From: an uncultured Spirochaetota bacterium
Lineage (GTDB): Bacteria > Spirochaetota > Spirochaetia > SZUA-6 > Fen-1364
NCBI GenBank assembly: GCA_963781885.1
Contig: CAWAHW010000002.1
Coordinates: 832,001-896,000 of the forward strand
Direction: 5' to 3'
Length of the DNA stretch: 64,000 nt
Shown: positions 33,547 through 44,452 of the stretch, in pieces
How positions within the stretch are numbered: the stretch's first letter is position 1
How the letters are laid out: each line of letters starts with the position of its first letter
The notes under the pieces: generated by a model
The model's input: the letters and a program-made list of their open reading frames with translations, nothing else
Told to the model about the DNA's origin: nothing
The model's database searches: none
Position numbers and translations under genes: made by a program

Positions 33547-35635
33547 ATGGAATCGCGATTTCCCCTGGCGTCCATCCGCAATATCGGGATCATGGCCCAT
33601 ATTGACGCGGGGAAGACGACAACGACAGAACGCATCCTGTACTATACGGGCAGGACGCACAAGATCGGTGAAGTCCACGATGGCGAAGCCAAGATGGACT
33701 GGATGGAGTTGGAAAAGGAACGCGGCATCACCATTACGGCGGCCGCTACCTTCTGTGAATGGCGCGACGTGCAGGTGAATATCATCGACACGCCGGGACA
33801 CGTCGACTTTACAGTCGAAGTGGAACGTTCTTTGAGAGTATTGGACGGAGCAATCGGGGTCTTCTCGGCCGTGGAAGGCGTGGAGCCCCAGAGCGAAACC
33901 GTCTGGAAGCAGGCCAACCGCTACGGCGTTCCCCGCGTCGCGTTCATCAACAAGATGGACCGGGTCGGAGCGCGCTTCCCCGAGGTGGTGCAGGAAATGC
34001 ACGCGAAGCTTGGGGCCAACGCGGTGCCCATCCAGATACCCGATCGGGAACGAAATAGCGTTTTCCGGCATCGTGGATATCGTGCGGATGAGGGCGCTGA
34101 TCTGGGACGAAGACGTCCTGGGCGCGCAGTTCCGCGACGTCGAGATACCCGCGGAGCTCGCAAAGGAGTCTGCCGCGGCCCGGGCGCACCTGGTGGAAAA
34201 GATCGCCGAAACGGATGACGTCATCATGGCGGCCTACCTCGACGGCAAGGACGTCGACGTGGACGGCATGAAAGCGGCCATTCGCGCGGCAACGGTGCAG
34301 GGAAAGATCTACCCCGTCGTCTGCGGGTCCGCCTTCAAGAACAAGGGCATCCAGAGCCTCCTGGACGCGGTGGTGGATTACCTGCCGTCGCCGGCGGACA
34401 TCAAGCCGACAACGGGCACGGTTCCCAGCACGGGGGACTACATCCAGAGATCGCCGCGCGACGACGAGCCTTTTGCGGCGCTTGCCTTCAAGATCATGAC
34501 GGATCCGTTCGTGGGGAAGCTCACGTTCTTCCGCGTGTACTCGGGAACGCTCAGCTCGGGCTCGTACATCTACAACTCGACCGCGGACCGGCGGGAGAGG
34601 GTGACGCGGATATTGAGGATGCACGCCAACGAGCGGGAAGAGATCAAGGCCGTGTATCCCGGCGACATCGCCGCGGCCGTGGGGCTGAAGAAGACCACGA
34701 CGGGCGACACGCTGTGCGACGAGGAAAACCAGGTGATCCTGGAATCCATGGTCTTTCCCGACCCGGTTGTCTCCGTCTCCATCGAGCCGAAGACCAGGGA
34801 CGACGAGGAAAAGCTTTCCTCGGCCCTGCACAAGCTCTCGGAGGAGGACCCCACCTTCAAGGTGAAGTTCGACAAGGAGACCGGGCAAACGATCATTCGC
34901 GGCATGGGTGAACTGCACCTCGAGGTGCTCGTGGAACGGATGTTCCGCGAGTTCAACGTCGCGGCGAACGTCGGGCGGCCCGAGGTTGCCTACCGGGAAA
35001 CCATCCGGGGCAGCTCCGAGGCGGAAGGCAAGTTCATCAAGCAGACCGGCGGGCACGGCGCCTACGGTCACGTGATCATGGCCTTCGAGCCTCTTCCCGC
35101 GGGAACGGGTTTCGTCTTTGAGAACAGGGTCGTCGGCGGCCGCGTGCCGCGGGAATACATCCCCGCGGTGGAGAAGGGGATACGCGAAGCCATGGAAAAC
35201 GGCGTTCTGGCCGGTTACCCCATGGTGGATTTCCGCGCAGCCCTGCTGGACGGGTCCTCGCACGACGTGGACTCCAGCGAAATGGCCTTCAAGGTCGCGG
35301 CATCGATGGCATACAAGTCGGGCTTAGCTAAAGCCAAACCGACTATCCTTGAACCGATCATGGCGGTGGAGTGCGCAACTCCCGAAGAGCATCTTGGAGA
35401 CGTGATCTCCGATTTCGGGGCGCGCATGGGCCACGTCGAGGGAATAGAAGATCGGCCTGGGAGTAAGGTGGTGAAAGCGCTCGTACCCCTGCGTTCCATG
35501 TTCGGGTACGTCACGTCGATACGCTCCATGACGAAGGGGCGTGCGTCGCACACCATGCAATTCTCCCATTACCAGGAAACCCCTCGATCGATTCAGGAAG
35601 AGCTCGTCGAGAAGACGCGCGGCCAGAAGCGATAG
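33547..35635 (+). CDS. fusA: Elongation factor G, 1-nt insertion at 34039-34041
   Basis: [26 protein letters not shown] in the first frame; GMGELHL and [10 protein letters not shown] in the second; removing one C gives 695 aa. Confidence 0.93.
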
Positions 35636-35737
35636 CTCCCCCGCGCGGTGCCGACAGGCGTGCCGGGGCGCGCGAGGTTTCGCGGCGCGGCGGCCGGTGC
35701 CGCCCCGACCGGGGGTGAACGCGGATATTCGGAAAAA

Positions 35738-35824
35738 GTCGCAGGGAAGCGACCGGACTTTTGTCGCCTTTGAGCGACTGATGAATGTCGCCAGGAGCGA
35801 CCGAAAATGTCGCCAGGGGCGACA
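35738..35824. repeat. Four tandem GTCGC-N5/6-GCGAC palindromes before tuf
   Basis: Units start at 35738, 35763, 35787 and 35809. Confidence 0.85.
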
Positions 35825-35840
35825 GAGAAGGAGGAGATTT

Positions 35841-37034
35841 ATGGCGAAGGAGAAATTTGTCAGGTCCAAGCCTCACATCAACGTGGGCACGATCGGTCAC
35901 ATCGATCACGGCAAAACCACGCTCACGGCAGCCATCACCATGTACTGCGCGAAGAAGTACGGTGACAAGCTGATGAAGTACGAGGACATCGACAATGCTC
36001 CCGAGGAGAAGGCGCGCGGCATCACCATCAACACGCGACACGTCGAGTACCAGTCCGAAAAGCGCCATTACGCCCACATCGACTGCCCGGGACACGCGGA
36101 CTACATCAAGAACATGATCACCGGCGCAGCGCAGATGGACGGCGCGATCCTCGTCGTCTCCGCCCCCAACTCCGTCATGCCCCAGACCCGCGAGCACATC
36201 CTTCTTGCCCGCCAGGTCGGCGTGCCCGCCATCGTCGTATTCATGAACAAGGTCGACATGGTGGACGACAAGGAGCTCATCGAGCTGGTCGAGGTGGAAA
36301 TCCGCGACGTGCTGAAGTTCTACCAGTTCCCCGGCGACACGATCCCCATCGTGAAAGGCTCCGCGCTGAAGGCCATGGAGCATCCCGAGGTTCCTGAGAA
36401 TGCCGCGTGCATCGAAGAGCTTCTCACCACCATGGACACCTACTTCCAGGTTCCTCCGCGGCCCGTGGACAAGCCCTTCCTGATGCCCATCGAGGACGTA
36501 TTCTCCATCTCCGGTCGTGGCACCGTCGTGACGGGCCGCGTCGCCACCGGCGTTATCCACGTCGGGGATGAGGCGGAGATAGTCGGCATCAAGGATACGC
36601 GCAAGACTGTCGTGACGGGTGTTGAAATGTTCAACAAGCTGCTGGACGAAGGTCAGGCGGGTGACAATATCGGGACCCTGCTGCGCGGCATTGAAAAGGA
36701 CGACGTCGAGCGCGGGCAGGTCCTTGCCAAGCCGGGCTCCATCACCCCGCACAAGAAGTTCAAGTGCACCGTCGTGGCGCTCACGAAGGAAGAGGGCGGG
36801 AGGCACTCGCCATTCTTCACGGGCTACCGGCCGCAATTCTACTTCCGCACAACGGACGTCACCGCGTCGGTGACCCTGCCGGAAGGCAAGCAGATGGTCA
36901 TGCCCGGCGACCACATCACGGACCTCCAGGTCGAGCTGATCTACCCCATCGCAATGGACAAGGGGCTGCAGTTCGCCATCCGCGAGGGCGGCAAGACCGT
37001 CGGGGCGGGTCAGGTTACGGAAATCATCGAATAG
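35841..37034 (+). CDS. tuf: Elongation factor Tu
   Basis: [33 protein letters not shown]; SD AAGGAGG. Confidence 0.98.
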   Translation: MAKEKFVRSKPHINVGTIGHIDHGKTTLTAAITMYCAKKYGDKLMKYEDIDNAPEEKARGITINTRHVEYQSEKRHYAHIDCPGHADYIKNMITGAAQMDGAILVVSAPNSVMPQTREHILLARQVGVPAIVVFMNKVDMVDDKELIELVEVEIRDVLKFYQFPGDTIPIVKGSALKAMEHPEVPENAACIEELLTTMDTYFQVPPRPVDKPFLMPIEDVFSISGRGTVVTGRVATGVIHVGDEAEIVGIKDTRKTVVTGVEMFNKLLDEGQAGDNIGTLLRGIEKDDVERGQVLAKPGSITPHKKFKCTVVALTKEEGGRHSPFFTGYRPQFYFRTTDVTASVTLPEGKQMVMPGDHITDLQVELIYPIAMDKGLQFAIREGGKTVGAGQVTEIIE

Positions 37035-37098
37035 GACGCCGCGGCGCGCGCCGGCGCGGGCAACGCGCCGGCATTTCCAGAGGAGCATGAGGTAAGAG

Positions 37099-37407
37099 AT
37101 GGCCAGGGAAAGGATTCGAGTGCGCTTGCGGGGATTCGACATCGAGCTGATCGACCAGAGCGCGAAATCCATTGTGCAGACGGTTCTCAAGGCGGGTTCC
37201 CAGGTTTCGGGCCCGATCCCGCTGCCGATGAGGATCAACAAGTTCACCGTGCTGCGCTCGCCGCACGTGCACAAGAAGTCGAGGGAGCAGTTCGAGATGC
37301 GGACCCACAAGCGTCTCATCGACATCCTCGAGCCCACCCCGGCCGTGATGGACGCCCTCATGCGGCTGGAGCTCCCGGCCGGCGTGGACGTCGAAATCAA
37401 GCAATGA
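37099..37407 (+). CDS. rpsJ: 30S ribosomal protein S10
   Basis: [20 protein letters not shown]. Confidence 0.98.
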   Translation: MARERIRVRLRGFDIELIDQSAKSIVQTVLKAGSQVSGPIPLPMRINKFTVLRSPHVHKKSREQFEMRTHKRLIDILEPTPAVMDALMRLELPAGVDVEIKQ

Positions 37408-38081
37408 GCGACGCGGGGTACCGCATCGCAAATGACGCGGGGTACCGCGTCGAGAGGCAGGCAATGCTCGCTTTAATCGGCAGGAAGATCGGCATGACCC
37501 AGCTGTGGAACGACGAGGGGACGCTTGTGCCCGTGAGCGTCATCAAAGTCGAGCCGAATGTCGTCGTGCGGGAGCGCACGCAGGACAAGCACGGGTACAG
37601 CGCCATGGTGCTCGGTGCGGACGCGCTGAAGAAGTCGCGCGTGCGCAAGCCTTTCGCCGGGCAGTTCCCGAAAGGGACCGACCCCACCCGCTACCTGCTG
37701 GAGTTCAAGGACTTCGAGCGGGAATGCAAGGTCGGCGATTCTCTGGGCGTGGAGATATTCGAAGGGGTGAGCTTCGTGGACGTGCGGGGCACGACGAAGG
37801 GCCGCGGCTTCCAGGGCGTCGTGAAGCGACACGGCTTCCAGGGCGGTCCCGGCGCACACGGATCGAAGTTCCATCGGGAGATGGGCTCGGTCGGCACGGG
37901 TGCCTTCCGCAAGATCGTCAAGGGCTCGAAGATGCCCGGTCGCATGGGCAACGAGCGCCTGACGGTCCAGAACCTGCGCCTGTTCCGCGTGGACAAGGAC
38001 AAGGGGCTCCTCCTCATCAACGGGGCGGTGCCGGGCAGGCGTGGCGGCATGGTCGTCGTGCTCAAAGCGAAGAAGAAATAG
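37404..38081 (+). CDS. rplC: 50S ribosomal protein L3 (start 37404 or 37464)
   Basis: [31 protein letters not shown]. Confidence 0.95.
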   Translation: MSDAGYRIANDAGYRVERQAMLALIGRKIGMTQLWNDEGTLVPVSVIKVEPNVVVRERTQDKHGYSAMVLGADALKKSRVRKPFAGQFPKGTDPTRYLLEFKDFERECKVGDSLGVEIFEGVSFVDVRGTTKGRGFQGVVKRHGFQGGPGAHGSKFHREMGSVGTGAFRKIVKGSKMPGRMGNERLTVQNLRLFRVDKDKGLLLINGAVPGRRGGMVVVLKAKKK

Positions 38082-38091
38082 GGCGGGGACC

Positions 38092-38730
38092 ATGAAAACG
38101 CAGGTCTATGGAATGGATGGAAAGGCGATGCGGGAGATCGAGCTCGCGGACGACGTGTTCGGCCGCGAGGTGAGCGAAGGCTCGATCTACCACGCCATCA
38201 GGAACGAGCTGGCGAACAAGCGGCTGGGCACGGCGAAGATCAAGGACCGCGGGGAAGTGCACAGCAGCAACAAGAAACCCTGGAAGCAGAAGGGCACCGG
38301 CCGTGCGCGCTCGGGTCAGAGGAGCTCCCCTGTCTGGGTGGGCGGCGGAAAGATATTCGGACCGCGCCAGCGCGACTACAGCTATACACTGCCGCGCAAG
38401 GTGAAGAGGCTCGCCCTCATCTCCCTCCTCTCCCTCAAGGCGAAGGAAGACAGGCTGCGCGTCGTCATCGACTTCACGGTGGAGAGCGGCAAGACGAAGG
38501 ACCTCGTCACCCTGCTTGCAAATCTCGCGGCGCACGAGCGCACGGTGATCATCCTCAAGGATGACGATTCCATGGTGCGCCGAGCCGGCCGGAACGTTCC
38601 CTGGCTGAGCCTCCTCAGCTTCAACAGGCTCCAGGCGCACGATCTTTTCTACTGCCAAAAGCTCCTGGTCCTCGAAACCGCGGCCACGAAGTTGAACGAG
38701 TTCTACGGCAACGGGGGGACAACGGCATGA
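38092..38730 (+). CDS. rplD: 50S ribosomal protein L4
   Basis: KPWKQKGTGRAR, GGGKIFGP. Confidence 0.96.
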   Translation: MKTQVYGMDGKAMREIELADDVFGREVSEGSIYHAIRNELANKRLGTAKIKDRGEVHSSNKKPWKQKGTGRARSGQRSSPVWVGGGKIFGPRQRDYSYTLPRKVKRLALISLLSLKAKEDRLRVVIDFTVESGKTKDLVTLLANLAAHERTVIILKDDDSMVRRAGRNVPWLSLLSFNRLQAHDLFYCQKLLVLETAATKLNEFYGNGGTTA

Positions 38731-39011
38731 CCATCGAAAGGATCATCATCGAGCCGGTGGTCACCGAAAAGACGAACGTCATGCGGGAATCGCACAAGTA
38801 CGTCTTCAAGGTCGACAGCCGGGCCAACAAATACCAGATCATGGACGCCGTGCGGAAGCTCTACAACGTGCATCCGCTGAAGTGCAACGTGCTGCGCACT
38901 TCGACAAAGCCCAAGAGGGTGCGCTACCGGCTGGGGTGGACCGCGTCCTGGAAGAAGGCGATCATCACGATCGCCCCGGAAGAAAAGATCGCCATCTTCG
39001 AAGGCGTGTAG
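38727..39011 (+). CDS. rplW: 50S ribosomal protein L23
   Basis: PVVTEK, WKKAIIT. Confidence 0.95.
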   Translation: MTIERIIIEPVVTEKTNVMRESHKYVFKVDSRANKYQIMDAVRKLYNVHPLKCNVLRTSTKPKRVRYRLGWTASWKKAIITIAPEEKIAIFEGV

Positions 39012-39029
39012 GAAGAGCGAGGAAGCATC

Positions 39030-39854
39030 ATGCCAATCAAGAAATACAGACCGCTCACTCCGTCGCTTCGTTTCAAGACGAGCCTCACCTTCGACGAGGT
39101 CACGAAGACGCATCCGGAGAAGGCCCTCACGAAGGGCAAAAACAAGCACGCGGGGCGCGGCGCCGGCGGCAGGATCAGCGTCCGCCGCAAGGGCGGCGGC
39201 CACAAGCGCTCCTATCGGCAGATCGATTTCCGCCGCGACAAGATCGGCATCCCGTGCCGGGTGAGCGCCATCGAGTACGATCCGAACCGCAGCTCCCTCA
39301 TCGCACTGGTCGTCTACAAGGACGGAGAGAAGCGCTACATCCTGGCCCCCGAGGGGCTGAAGGTGGGAACCACGCTGGTGAGCGGGCCCGACGCGGCATT
39401 CGAGCCGGGCAATGCGCTGCCCCTTGCCAAGATTCCGCTCGGCATCCAGATCCACAATATCGAGCTCACGCTCGGCAGGGGCGGCCAGATGGCGCGCTCC
39501 GCGGGCACCAGCGCGACGGTCGTGGCCAAGGAAGGGCTGTACGTCACCCTGCGGCTCCCCTCGGGGGAGATGCGCCTGGTGAACGGCCGCTGCTACGCCA
39601 CCATTGGCGAGCTGGGCAACAAGGACCACATGAACGTATCCCTCGGCAAGGCGGGCCGCAGCCGGTGGCTCGGACGCAGGCCGAAGGTGCGCGGCACCGC
39701 GATGAATCCGGTCGATCACCCGCACGGCGGCGGCGAGGGAAAGACCAAGGGCGGACGGCATCCCGTGACGCCCTGGGGCCAGCCCACGAAGGGCTACAAG
39801 ACGCGCAAGAAGCGCAACACGACCAGCCGTTTCATCGTGAAGAGAAGGAAATAG
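39030..39854 (+). CDS. rplB: 50S ribosomal protein L2
   Basis: [21 protein letters not shown]. Confidence 0.98.
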   Translation: MPIKKYRPLTPSLRFKTSLTFDEVTKTHPEKALTKGKNKHAGRGAGGRISVRRKGGGHKRSYRQIDFRRDKIGIPCRVSAIEYDPNRSSLIALVVYKDGEKRYILAPEGLKVGTTLVSGPDAAFEPGNALPLAKIPLGIQIHNIELTLGRGGQMARSAGTSATVVAKEGLYVTLRLPSGEMRLVNGRCYATIGELGNKDHMNVSLGKAGRSRWLGRRPKVRGTAMNPVDHPHGGGEGKTKGGRHPVTPWGQPTKGYKTRKKRNTTSRFIVKRRK

Positions 39855-39866
39855 GGGGGACCGGGC

Positions 39867-40148
39867 GTGTCACGATCGATCAAGAAGGGACCGTTCATCG
39901 CCAAGAGCCTGTACAAGCAGGTCACCGACATGAACAAAAGCGGCGAGAAACGCATGGTGAAGACCTACTCGCGAACCTCCACGATCATCCCCGAGATGGT
40001 CGGCTACACGATCTCCGTCTACAACGGCAAGACCTGGGTGCCCGTGTACGTGACGGAGAACCTCGTCGGCCACAAGCTCGGCGAGTTTTCCCCCACCCGC
40101 ATGTTCCGGGGGCACTCGGGCTCCGACAAGAAGGTGGTGAAGAAATGA
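39867..40148 (+). CDS. rpsS: 30S ribosomal protein S19
   Basis: [19 protein letters not shown]. Confidence 0.97.
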   Translation: MSRSIKKGPFIAKSLYKQVTDMNKSGEKRMVKTYSRTSTIIPEMVGYTISVYNGKTWVPVYVTENLVGHKLGEFSPTRMFRGHSGSDKKVVKK

Positions 40149-40669
40149 GCGACGCACCCGGAAATGCGCGGGGTACCGCGCCGGCAGGAAATGCGCGGGG
40201 TACCGCGCCGGCAGCCAGGAAGCCGGCCGCGGCAGGCGCGGCGCGCGAACCGGGCAGCAAGCCGGTGAAGAAGGAGCGGCCGCCGCGGAAGATCACCACG
40301 GGCTACCGTGCCAATGTGCCCTTCCAGCGGGTGTCGGCGACGAAGGTACGCCGCATCGCCGACAATGTCCGGCGCAAGCCGTACGTGGAGGCCATCGCCC
40401 TCCTGGACGTGCTCCCGCACAAAGGCGCGCGCCTTCTGCGGAAGCTCATCCAGTCCGCCGCGGCAAACGCGCTGGCGCAGAACAAGAACCTGGACGAGAA
40501 CATGCTCTACGTGAAGGAGCTGCTGGTCGACGTCGGCCCGACCATGAAGAGGATGTGGGCGCGCGGCCGCGGCCGCGCAGACCGCCTGCTGAAGAGGTCG
40601 TGCCACATTTCCGTGGTCGTCGACGAGATCGGTGCAAAAGAAGGGGTGGGGAATGGGTCAAAAGGTTAA
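40145..40669 (+). CDS. rplV: 50S ribosomal protein L22 with a ~50-aa N-terminal extension
   Basis: [31 protein letters not shown]; ATGA overlap with rpsS. Confidence 0.92.
   Translation: MSDAPGNARGTAPAGNARGTAPAARKPAAAGAAREPGSKPVKKERPPRKITTGYRANVPFQRVSATKVRRIADNVRRKPYVEAIALLDVLPHKGARLLRKLIQSAAANALAQNKNLDENMLYVKELLVDVGPTMKRMWARGRGRADRLLKRSCHISVVVDEIGAKEGVGNGSKG
40160..40213 (+). repeat. Perfect 27-bp tandem duplication of a hairpin element inside rplV
   Basis: GGAAATGCGCGGGGTACCGCGCCGGCA x2. Confidence 0.92.
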
Positions 40670-41414
40670 CCCGATAGGGCTGCGGCTGGGGATCAACAAG
40701 ACCTGGTCGTCGCGCTGGTTCGTGGATCCCAAGCTCTACGCGGCGACCCTCCATGAGGACCTGCGTCTGCGCAAGACCATCCTCGACGCGGAGGAGACCA
40801 AGGGCGCCGACATCGCGGAAGTGGAGATCATCCGCCATCCGCAGCGCGTGACGGTCATCATCCATACCGGCCGGCCGGGCGTGCTCATCGGCGCCAAGGG
40901 CGCGAACATCGAGAAGCTCGGCGGCAAGCTGCAGAAGAGCATCGGCAAGAAGATCCAGCTCCGCATCAAGGAGATCAAGCGCCCCGAAACGAACGCGAAG
41001 CTCGTCGCGGAAAACATCGCGCGCCAGATCAAGGCTCGCGCCTCCTACCGCCGCGCCTGCAAGATGGCGATCCTCAATTCGATGAAGACCGGCGTGCAGG
41101 GCATCAAGGTAAAGATTGCGGGACGTCTCTCGGGCGCGGAAATGGCCCGCCGCGAGGAGTTCAAGGAAGGGCGCATCCCGCTGCATACCTTCCGCGCGGA
41201 CATCGACTATGGAACGGCGACCGCCATCACGACATTCGGCTGCGTCGGCATCAAGGTGTGGATATTCAACGGCGAGGTCTACGGCCAGGCCAAGAAGGAC
41301 GACGCGGGTCTGCTCGTACGCCGCGGCCGCGAGGGCCGTGACGATCGTGACGGCCGCGACAGCCGGGATAGCCGCGACGGGCGTGACCGCGGCCGCGACA
41401 GAGTGCAGGAGTAG
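40653..41414 (+). CDS. rpsC: 30S ribosomal protein S3 with an R/D-rich tail
   Basis: [35 protein letters not shown]. Confidence 0.97.
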   Translation: MGQKVNPIGLRLGINKTWSSRWFVDPKLYAATLHEDLRLRKTILDAEETKGADIAEVEIIRHPQRVTVIIHTGRPGVLIGAKGANIEKLGGKLQKSIGKKIQLRIKEIKRPETNAKLVAENIARQIKARASYRRACKMAILNSMKTGVQGIKVKIAGRLSGAEMARREEFKEGRIPLHTFRADIDYGTATAITTFGCVGIKVWIFNGEVYGQAKKDDAGLLVRRGREGRDDRDGRDSRDSRDGRDRGRDRVQE

Positions 41415-41419
41415 CGAGC

Positions 41420-41836
41420 ATGCTGAGCCCCAAAAGGACGAAATACCGCAAGCAGCAGCGCGGGAAGATGAAGGGCAGGGCGACCCGCTGCACGGAGATC
41501 TCCTTCGGCGACTTCGGTCTTGTCGCGCTGGAGAGGGAATGGATCACGAACCGCCAGATCGAGGCCTGCCGCATCGCCATCACGCGCCACGTGAAGCGCG
41601 GCGGCAAGGTGTGGATCCGGATCTTCCCGGACAAGCCCTTCACGAAGAAGCCGGCGGAAACCCGCATGGGCAAGGGCAAGGGAGCCCCCGAGTACTGGGT
41701 GGCGCCCGTGAAGCCGGGCACCGTGATGTTCGAGCTGGGCGGCGTCGACAGGGCCATGGCGGAAGAGGCCATGAAGCGAGCCGGCAGCAAGCTGCCGATC
41801 AAGACCAAATTCCTGGTCCGCGCGAGCGTGGAGTAG
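41420..41836 (+). CDS. rplP: 50S ribosomal protein L16
   Basis: RIFPDKP, RMGKGKG. Confidence 0.98.
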   Translation: MLSPKRTKYRKQQRGKMKGRATRCTEISFGDFGLVALEREWITNRQIEACRIAITRHVKRGGKVWIRIFPDKPFTKKPAETRMGKGKGAPEYWVAPVKPGTVMFELGGVDRAMAEEAMKRAGSKLPIKTKFLVRASVE

Positions 41837-41839
41837 CAT

Positions 41840-42040
41840 ATGAAGGACTCGTTCAAGGAGCTCACGTATCCCGAGCTGCTCGCGAAGCGCGAGGAGCTGA
41901 AGAAGCAGTATGGCGACATCTGCGCGAACATGATCATCGGCCACGTGGACAACCCGCTCTCCAAGCGGACCGCGCGGCGGAAACTCGCCCGGGTGACTGG
42001 CGTCATCCGCGAGTTCGAGCTGGGAATCAGGAAGCGGTAG
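41840..42040 (+). CDS. rpmC: 50S ribosomal protein L29
   Basis: Size, position, GHVDNP...RRKLARV. Confidence 0.92.
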   Translation: MKDSFKELTYPELLAKREELKKQYGDICANMIIGHVDNPLSKRTARRKLARVTGVIREFELGIRKR

Positions 42041-42071
42041 AGGTCGCCGGGAGCGACTGAGGAGACGGCAC

Positions 42072-42335
42072 GTGGAAGAACAGGCGAGAAAGACGAAAAA
42101 GGTCCTCCAGGGCCGGGTGGTGAGCAACAAGATGCAGAAGACGATCGTCGTGGAGATCGTCCAGCGCAAGCTTCACACCCTCTATAAGAAGTACCTGATG
42201 CGCACGAAGAAGATCAAGGCGCACGACGAGAAGAACGAATGCGGCATCGGCGACACGGTGCGCGTGGTGGAATCGCGGCCGCTCAGCAAGGAGAAGCGCT
42301 GGCGGCTCCTGGAGATCGTCGAGAAGGCGAAGTAG
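42072..42335 (+). CDS. rpsQ: 30S ribosomal protein S17
   Basis: [20 protein letters not shown]. Confidence 0.97.
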   Translation: MEEQARKTKKVLQGRVVSNKMQKTIVVEIVQRKLHTLYKKYLMRTKKIKAHDEKNECGIGDTVRVVESRPLSKEKRWRLLEIVEKAK

Positions 42336-42349
42336 GTGAGGGTGCCGGC

Positions 42350-42718
42350 ATGATACAGATGAAAACGCTTCTCAACGTTGCGGATAACAGCGGGGCGAAG
42401 CAGGTCCAGTGCATCAAGGTCCTCGGCGGGACGCGCCGCAAGTACGCGCACATCGGCGACATCATCGTCGTCGCGGTGAAGGACGCGCTGCCGAACGCCG
42501 CCATCAAGAAGGGCGGCATCGAAAAGGCCGTCGTCGTGCGGACGCGCAAGGAGTTCCACCGCCCCGACGGCACGTTCATCCGTTTCGACGACAACGCCTG
42601 TGTCGTCATCGACGCCAACAACAACCCCAAGGGCAAGCGCATCTTCGGGCCGGTGGCGCGGGAGCTGCGGGAGAAGGACTTCATGAAGATCGTCTCCCTC
42701 GCTCCGGAAGTGCTGTAG
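42350..42718 (+). CDS. rplN: 50S ribosomal protein L14
   Basis: [23 protein letters not shown]. Confidence 0.98.
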   Translation: MIQMKTLLNVADNSGAKQVQCIKVLGGTRRKYAHIGDIIVVAVKDALPNAAIKKGGIEKAVVVRTRKEFHRPDGTFIRFDDNACVVIDANNNPKGKRIFGPVARELREKDFMKIVSLAPEVL

Positions 42719-42731
42719 GAGGATGCCGGAC

Positions 42732-43052
42732 ATGGCCACTGCGGGAAGGATCAAGCTGCGGAAGAACGACACCGTGAAGGTGATCGCCGGGCGTGAAAAG
42801 GGCAAGACGGGCCGCATCGTGAGCATCGAGCGTGAAAAGATGCGGGCGGTCGTGGAAGGCCTCAACATGGTGAAGAAGGCCGTCAAGCAGAAGAAGCAGA
42901 ACCAGAAGGCCGGCATCACGTCGGTGGAGGCGCCGCTTCCGGTCGGCAAGCTCATGATCGTGTGCAAGAAATGCGGGCCCACGCGGATCGGCTACGTCAT
43001 CGACGGGGAGACCAAGAAGCGGGTGTGCCGCAAGTGCGGAGGGGACCTGTGA
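42732..43052 (+). CDS. rplX: 50S ribosomal protein L24
   Basis: [15 protein letters not shown] (KOW), VEGLN; start chosen by SD spacing. Confidence 0.95.
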   Translation: MATAGRIKLRKNDTVKVIAGREKGKTGRIVSIEREKMRAVVEGLNMVKKAVKQKKQNQKAGITSVEAPLPVGKLMIVCKKCGPTRIGYVIDGETKKRVCRKCGGDL

Positions 43053-43819
43053 GCAAGGAGATGGAAGGCGTGGAGAAGACCCCCGTGGCCGCCGCTGCCG
43101 GGGAAGCTCCCGCGAAGGGCGCGAAGCCCGAGAAGGCGCAGAAGCAGGACAAGGCCCCGAAGCAGGAAAAGGGGCAGAAACAGGAGAAGGGGCAGAAGCA
43201 GGACGGAGCCCGCAAGGGCAAGGAGGGCGGCGGCGAGGGGAAGCCCAAGAGCGCCCCCGTTGCGGACCCCCCCGGCTACAAGCCGCGGCTGAAGGTTCTC
43301 TACGCGGAGACGGTGGCAAAAGACCTGCGCGAAGAGTTCAGCTACAAGAGCGTCATGCAGATCCCGCGGCTGTCCAAGATCGTCGTCAGCACCGGCCTGG
43401 GCGAGGCGATCGTGAACAAGAAGCTCCTGGATTCGGCGGCGGCGGAGATGACGCAGATCACCGGACGCAAGCCCGTCCGCACCAAGGCGAAGAAATCCAT
43501 CGCGAACTTCAAGGTGCGCAAAGGCATGGATCTCGGCCTCATGGTGACGCTGCGCGGCAACATCATGTACGAGTTCTTCGACAGGCTCATCAATGTCGCC
43601 ATGCCGCGCATCAAGGACTTCCGGGGCGCGAACCCCAATGCATTCGACGGCCACGGGAATTACTCGCTGGGTGTGACCGAGCAGATCATCTTTCCCGAGA
43701 TCGACTACGACAAGATCGAGCAGGTGAGCGGCATGAATATCGCGGTGGTCACCACGGCGCGCACGGACCAGGAGGCGCGGAGCCTTCTCGCCCGCATGGG
43801 CATGCCGTTCCGCAAGTAG
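43049..43819 (+). CDS. rplE: 50S ribosomal protein L5 with a ~75-aa N-terminal extension
   Basis: [30 protein letters not shown]; GTGA overlap with rplX. Confidence 0.93.
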   Translation: MSKEMEGVEKTPVAAAAGEAPAKGAKPEKAQKQDKAPKQEKGQKQEKGQKQDGARKGKEGGGEGKPKSAPVADPPGYKPRLKVLYAETVAKDLREEFSYKSVMQIPRLSKIVVSTGLGEAIVNKKLLDSAAAEMTQITGRKPVRTKAKKSIANFKVRKGMDLGLMVTLRGNIMYEFFDRLINVAMPRIKDFRGANPNAFDGHGNYSLGVTEQIIFPEIDYDKIEQVSGMNIAVVTTARTDQEARSLLARMGMPFRK

Positions 43820-43842
43820 CGGAAACTGGAGCGGAGAGGACA

Positions 43843-44028
43843 ATGGCAAGAAAAGCGGCGATAGAGAAGTCCGAGCGCAAGCAGAAGTACATGACGCGCA
43901 GGACGAACAGGTGCAAAGTTTGCGGCCGGCGGCGCGGCTATATGCGGCAGTTCAAGTTGTGCCGCATCTGCTTCCGCAATCTGGCCAGCGAAGGCAAGCT
44001 TCCTGGCGTCACGAAATCGAGCTGGTAG
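43843..44028 (+). CDS. rpsN: 30S ribosomal protein S14, short Zn-binding type
   Basis: RCKVCGR...LCRICFR, 61 aa. Confidence 0.96.
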   Translation: MARKAAIEKSERKQKYMTRRTNRCKVCGRRRGYMRQFKLCRICFRNLASEGKLPGVTKSSW

Positions 44029-44039
44029 GAGTTGAGACA

Positions 44040-44438
44040 ATGAGTCTGTCAGACCCCGTCGCTGATATGTTGACGAAGATCAGGAACGCGAGCAGCGCGC
44101 GCTTCGAGAGCGTCGATATTCCTACCTCGAAGCTGAAGCTGGAGATCACGAAGATCCTGAAGAACGAGGGCTACATCAAGACCTTCAAGAAGGTGACCCA
44201 GGATGGGCGCAATCTCATCCGCATCTTCCTGAAGTACAACGGGCAGAACGAGCCGGTGATCCACGGCTTGAAGAGGATCTCGACGCCGGGCCGCCGCATG
44301 TACGCCGGCTACCGCACGCTTCCCCGGGTGCTCAACGGCTTCGGGACCCTCATTGTCACCACCTCCCTCGGCGTCACCACGGGCAAGAAAGCCCTGGAGC
44401 GGAAGGCGGGCGGCGAGCTGTTGTGCACCATCTGGTAG
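44040..44438 (+). CDS. rpsH: 30S ribosomal protein S8
   Basis: [26 protein letters not shown]. Confidence 0.97.
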   Translation: MSLSDPVADMLTKIRNASSARFESVDIPTSKLKLEITKILKNEGYIKTFKKVTQDGRNLIRIFLKYNGQNEPVIHGLKRISTPGRRMYAGYRTLPRVLNGFGTLIVTTSLGVTTGKKALERKAGGELLCTIW

Positions 44439-44452
44439 GCAAGGAGTAAGCC

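Noticed and set aside
35738-35824. Mini-CRISPR before tuf
   Set aside because: Only 5-bp arms are conserved and linkers are under 10 nt, far too short for spacers
35541-35840. 100-aa N-terminal extension of EF-Tu in the ORF track
   Set aside because: Overlaps the fusA end; strong SD and canonical MAKEKF start at 35841
37087-37095. Two-codon uORF (ATG AGG TAA) before rpsJ
   Set aside because: Its GAGGT also serves as the rpsJ SD; too short to distinguish from chance
38882-40144. 595-aa ORF fusing unknown sequence to L22
   Set aside because: Alternative frame over rplB and rpsS; the real start is at 40145 or later
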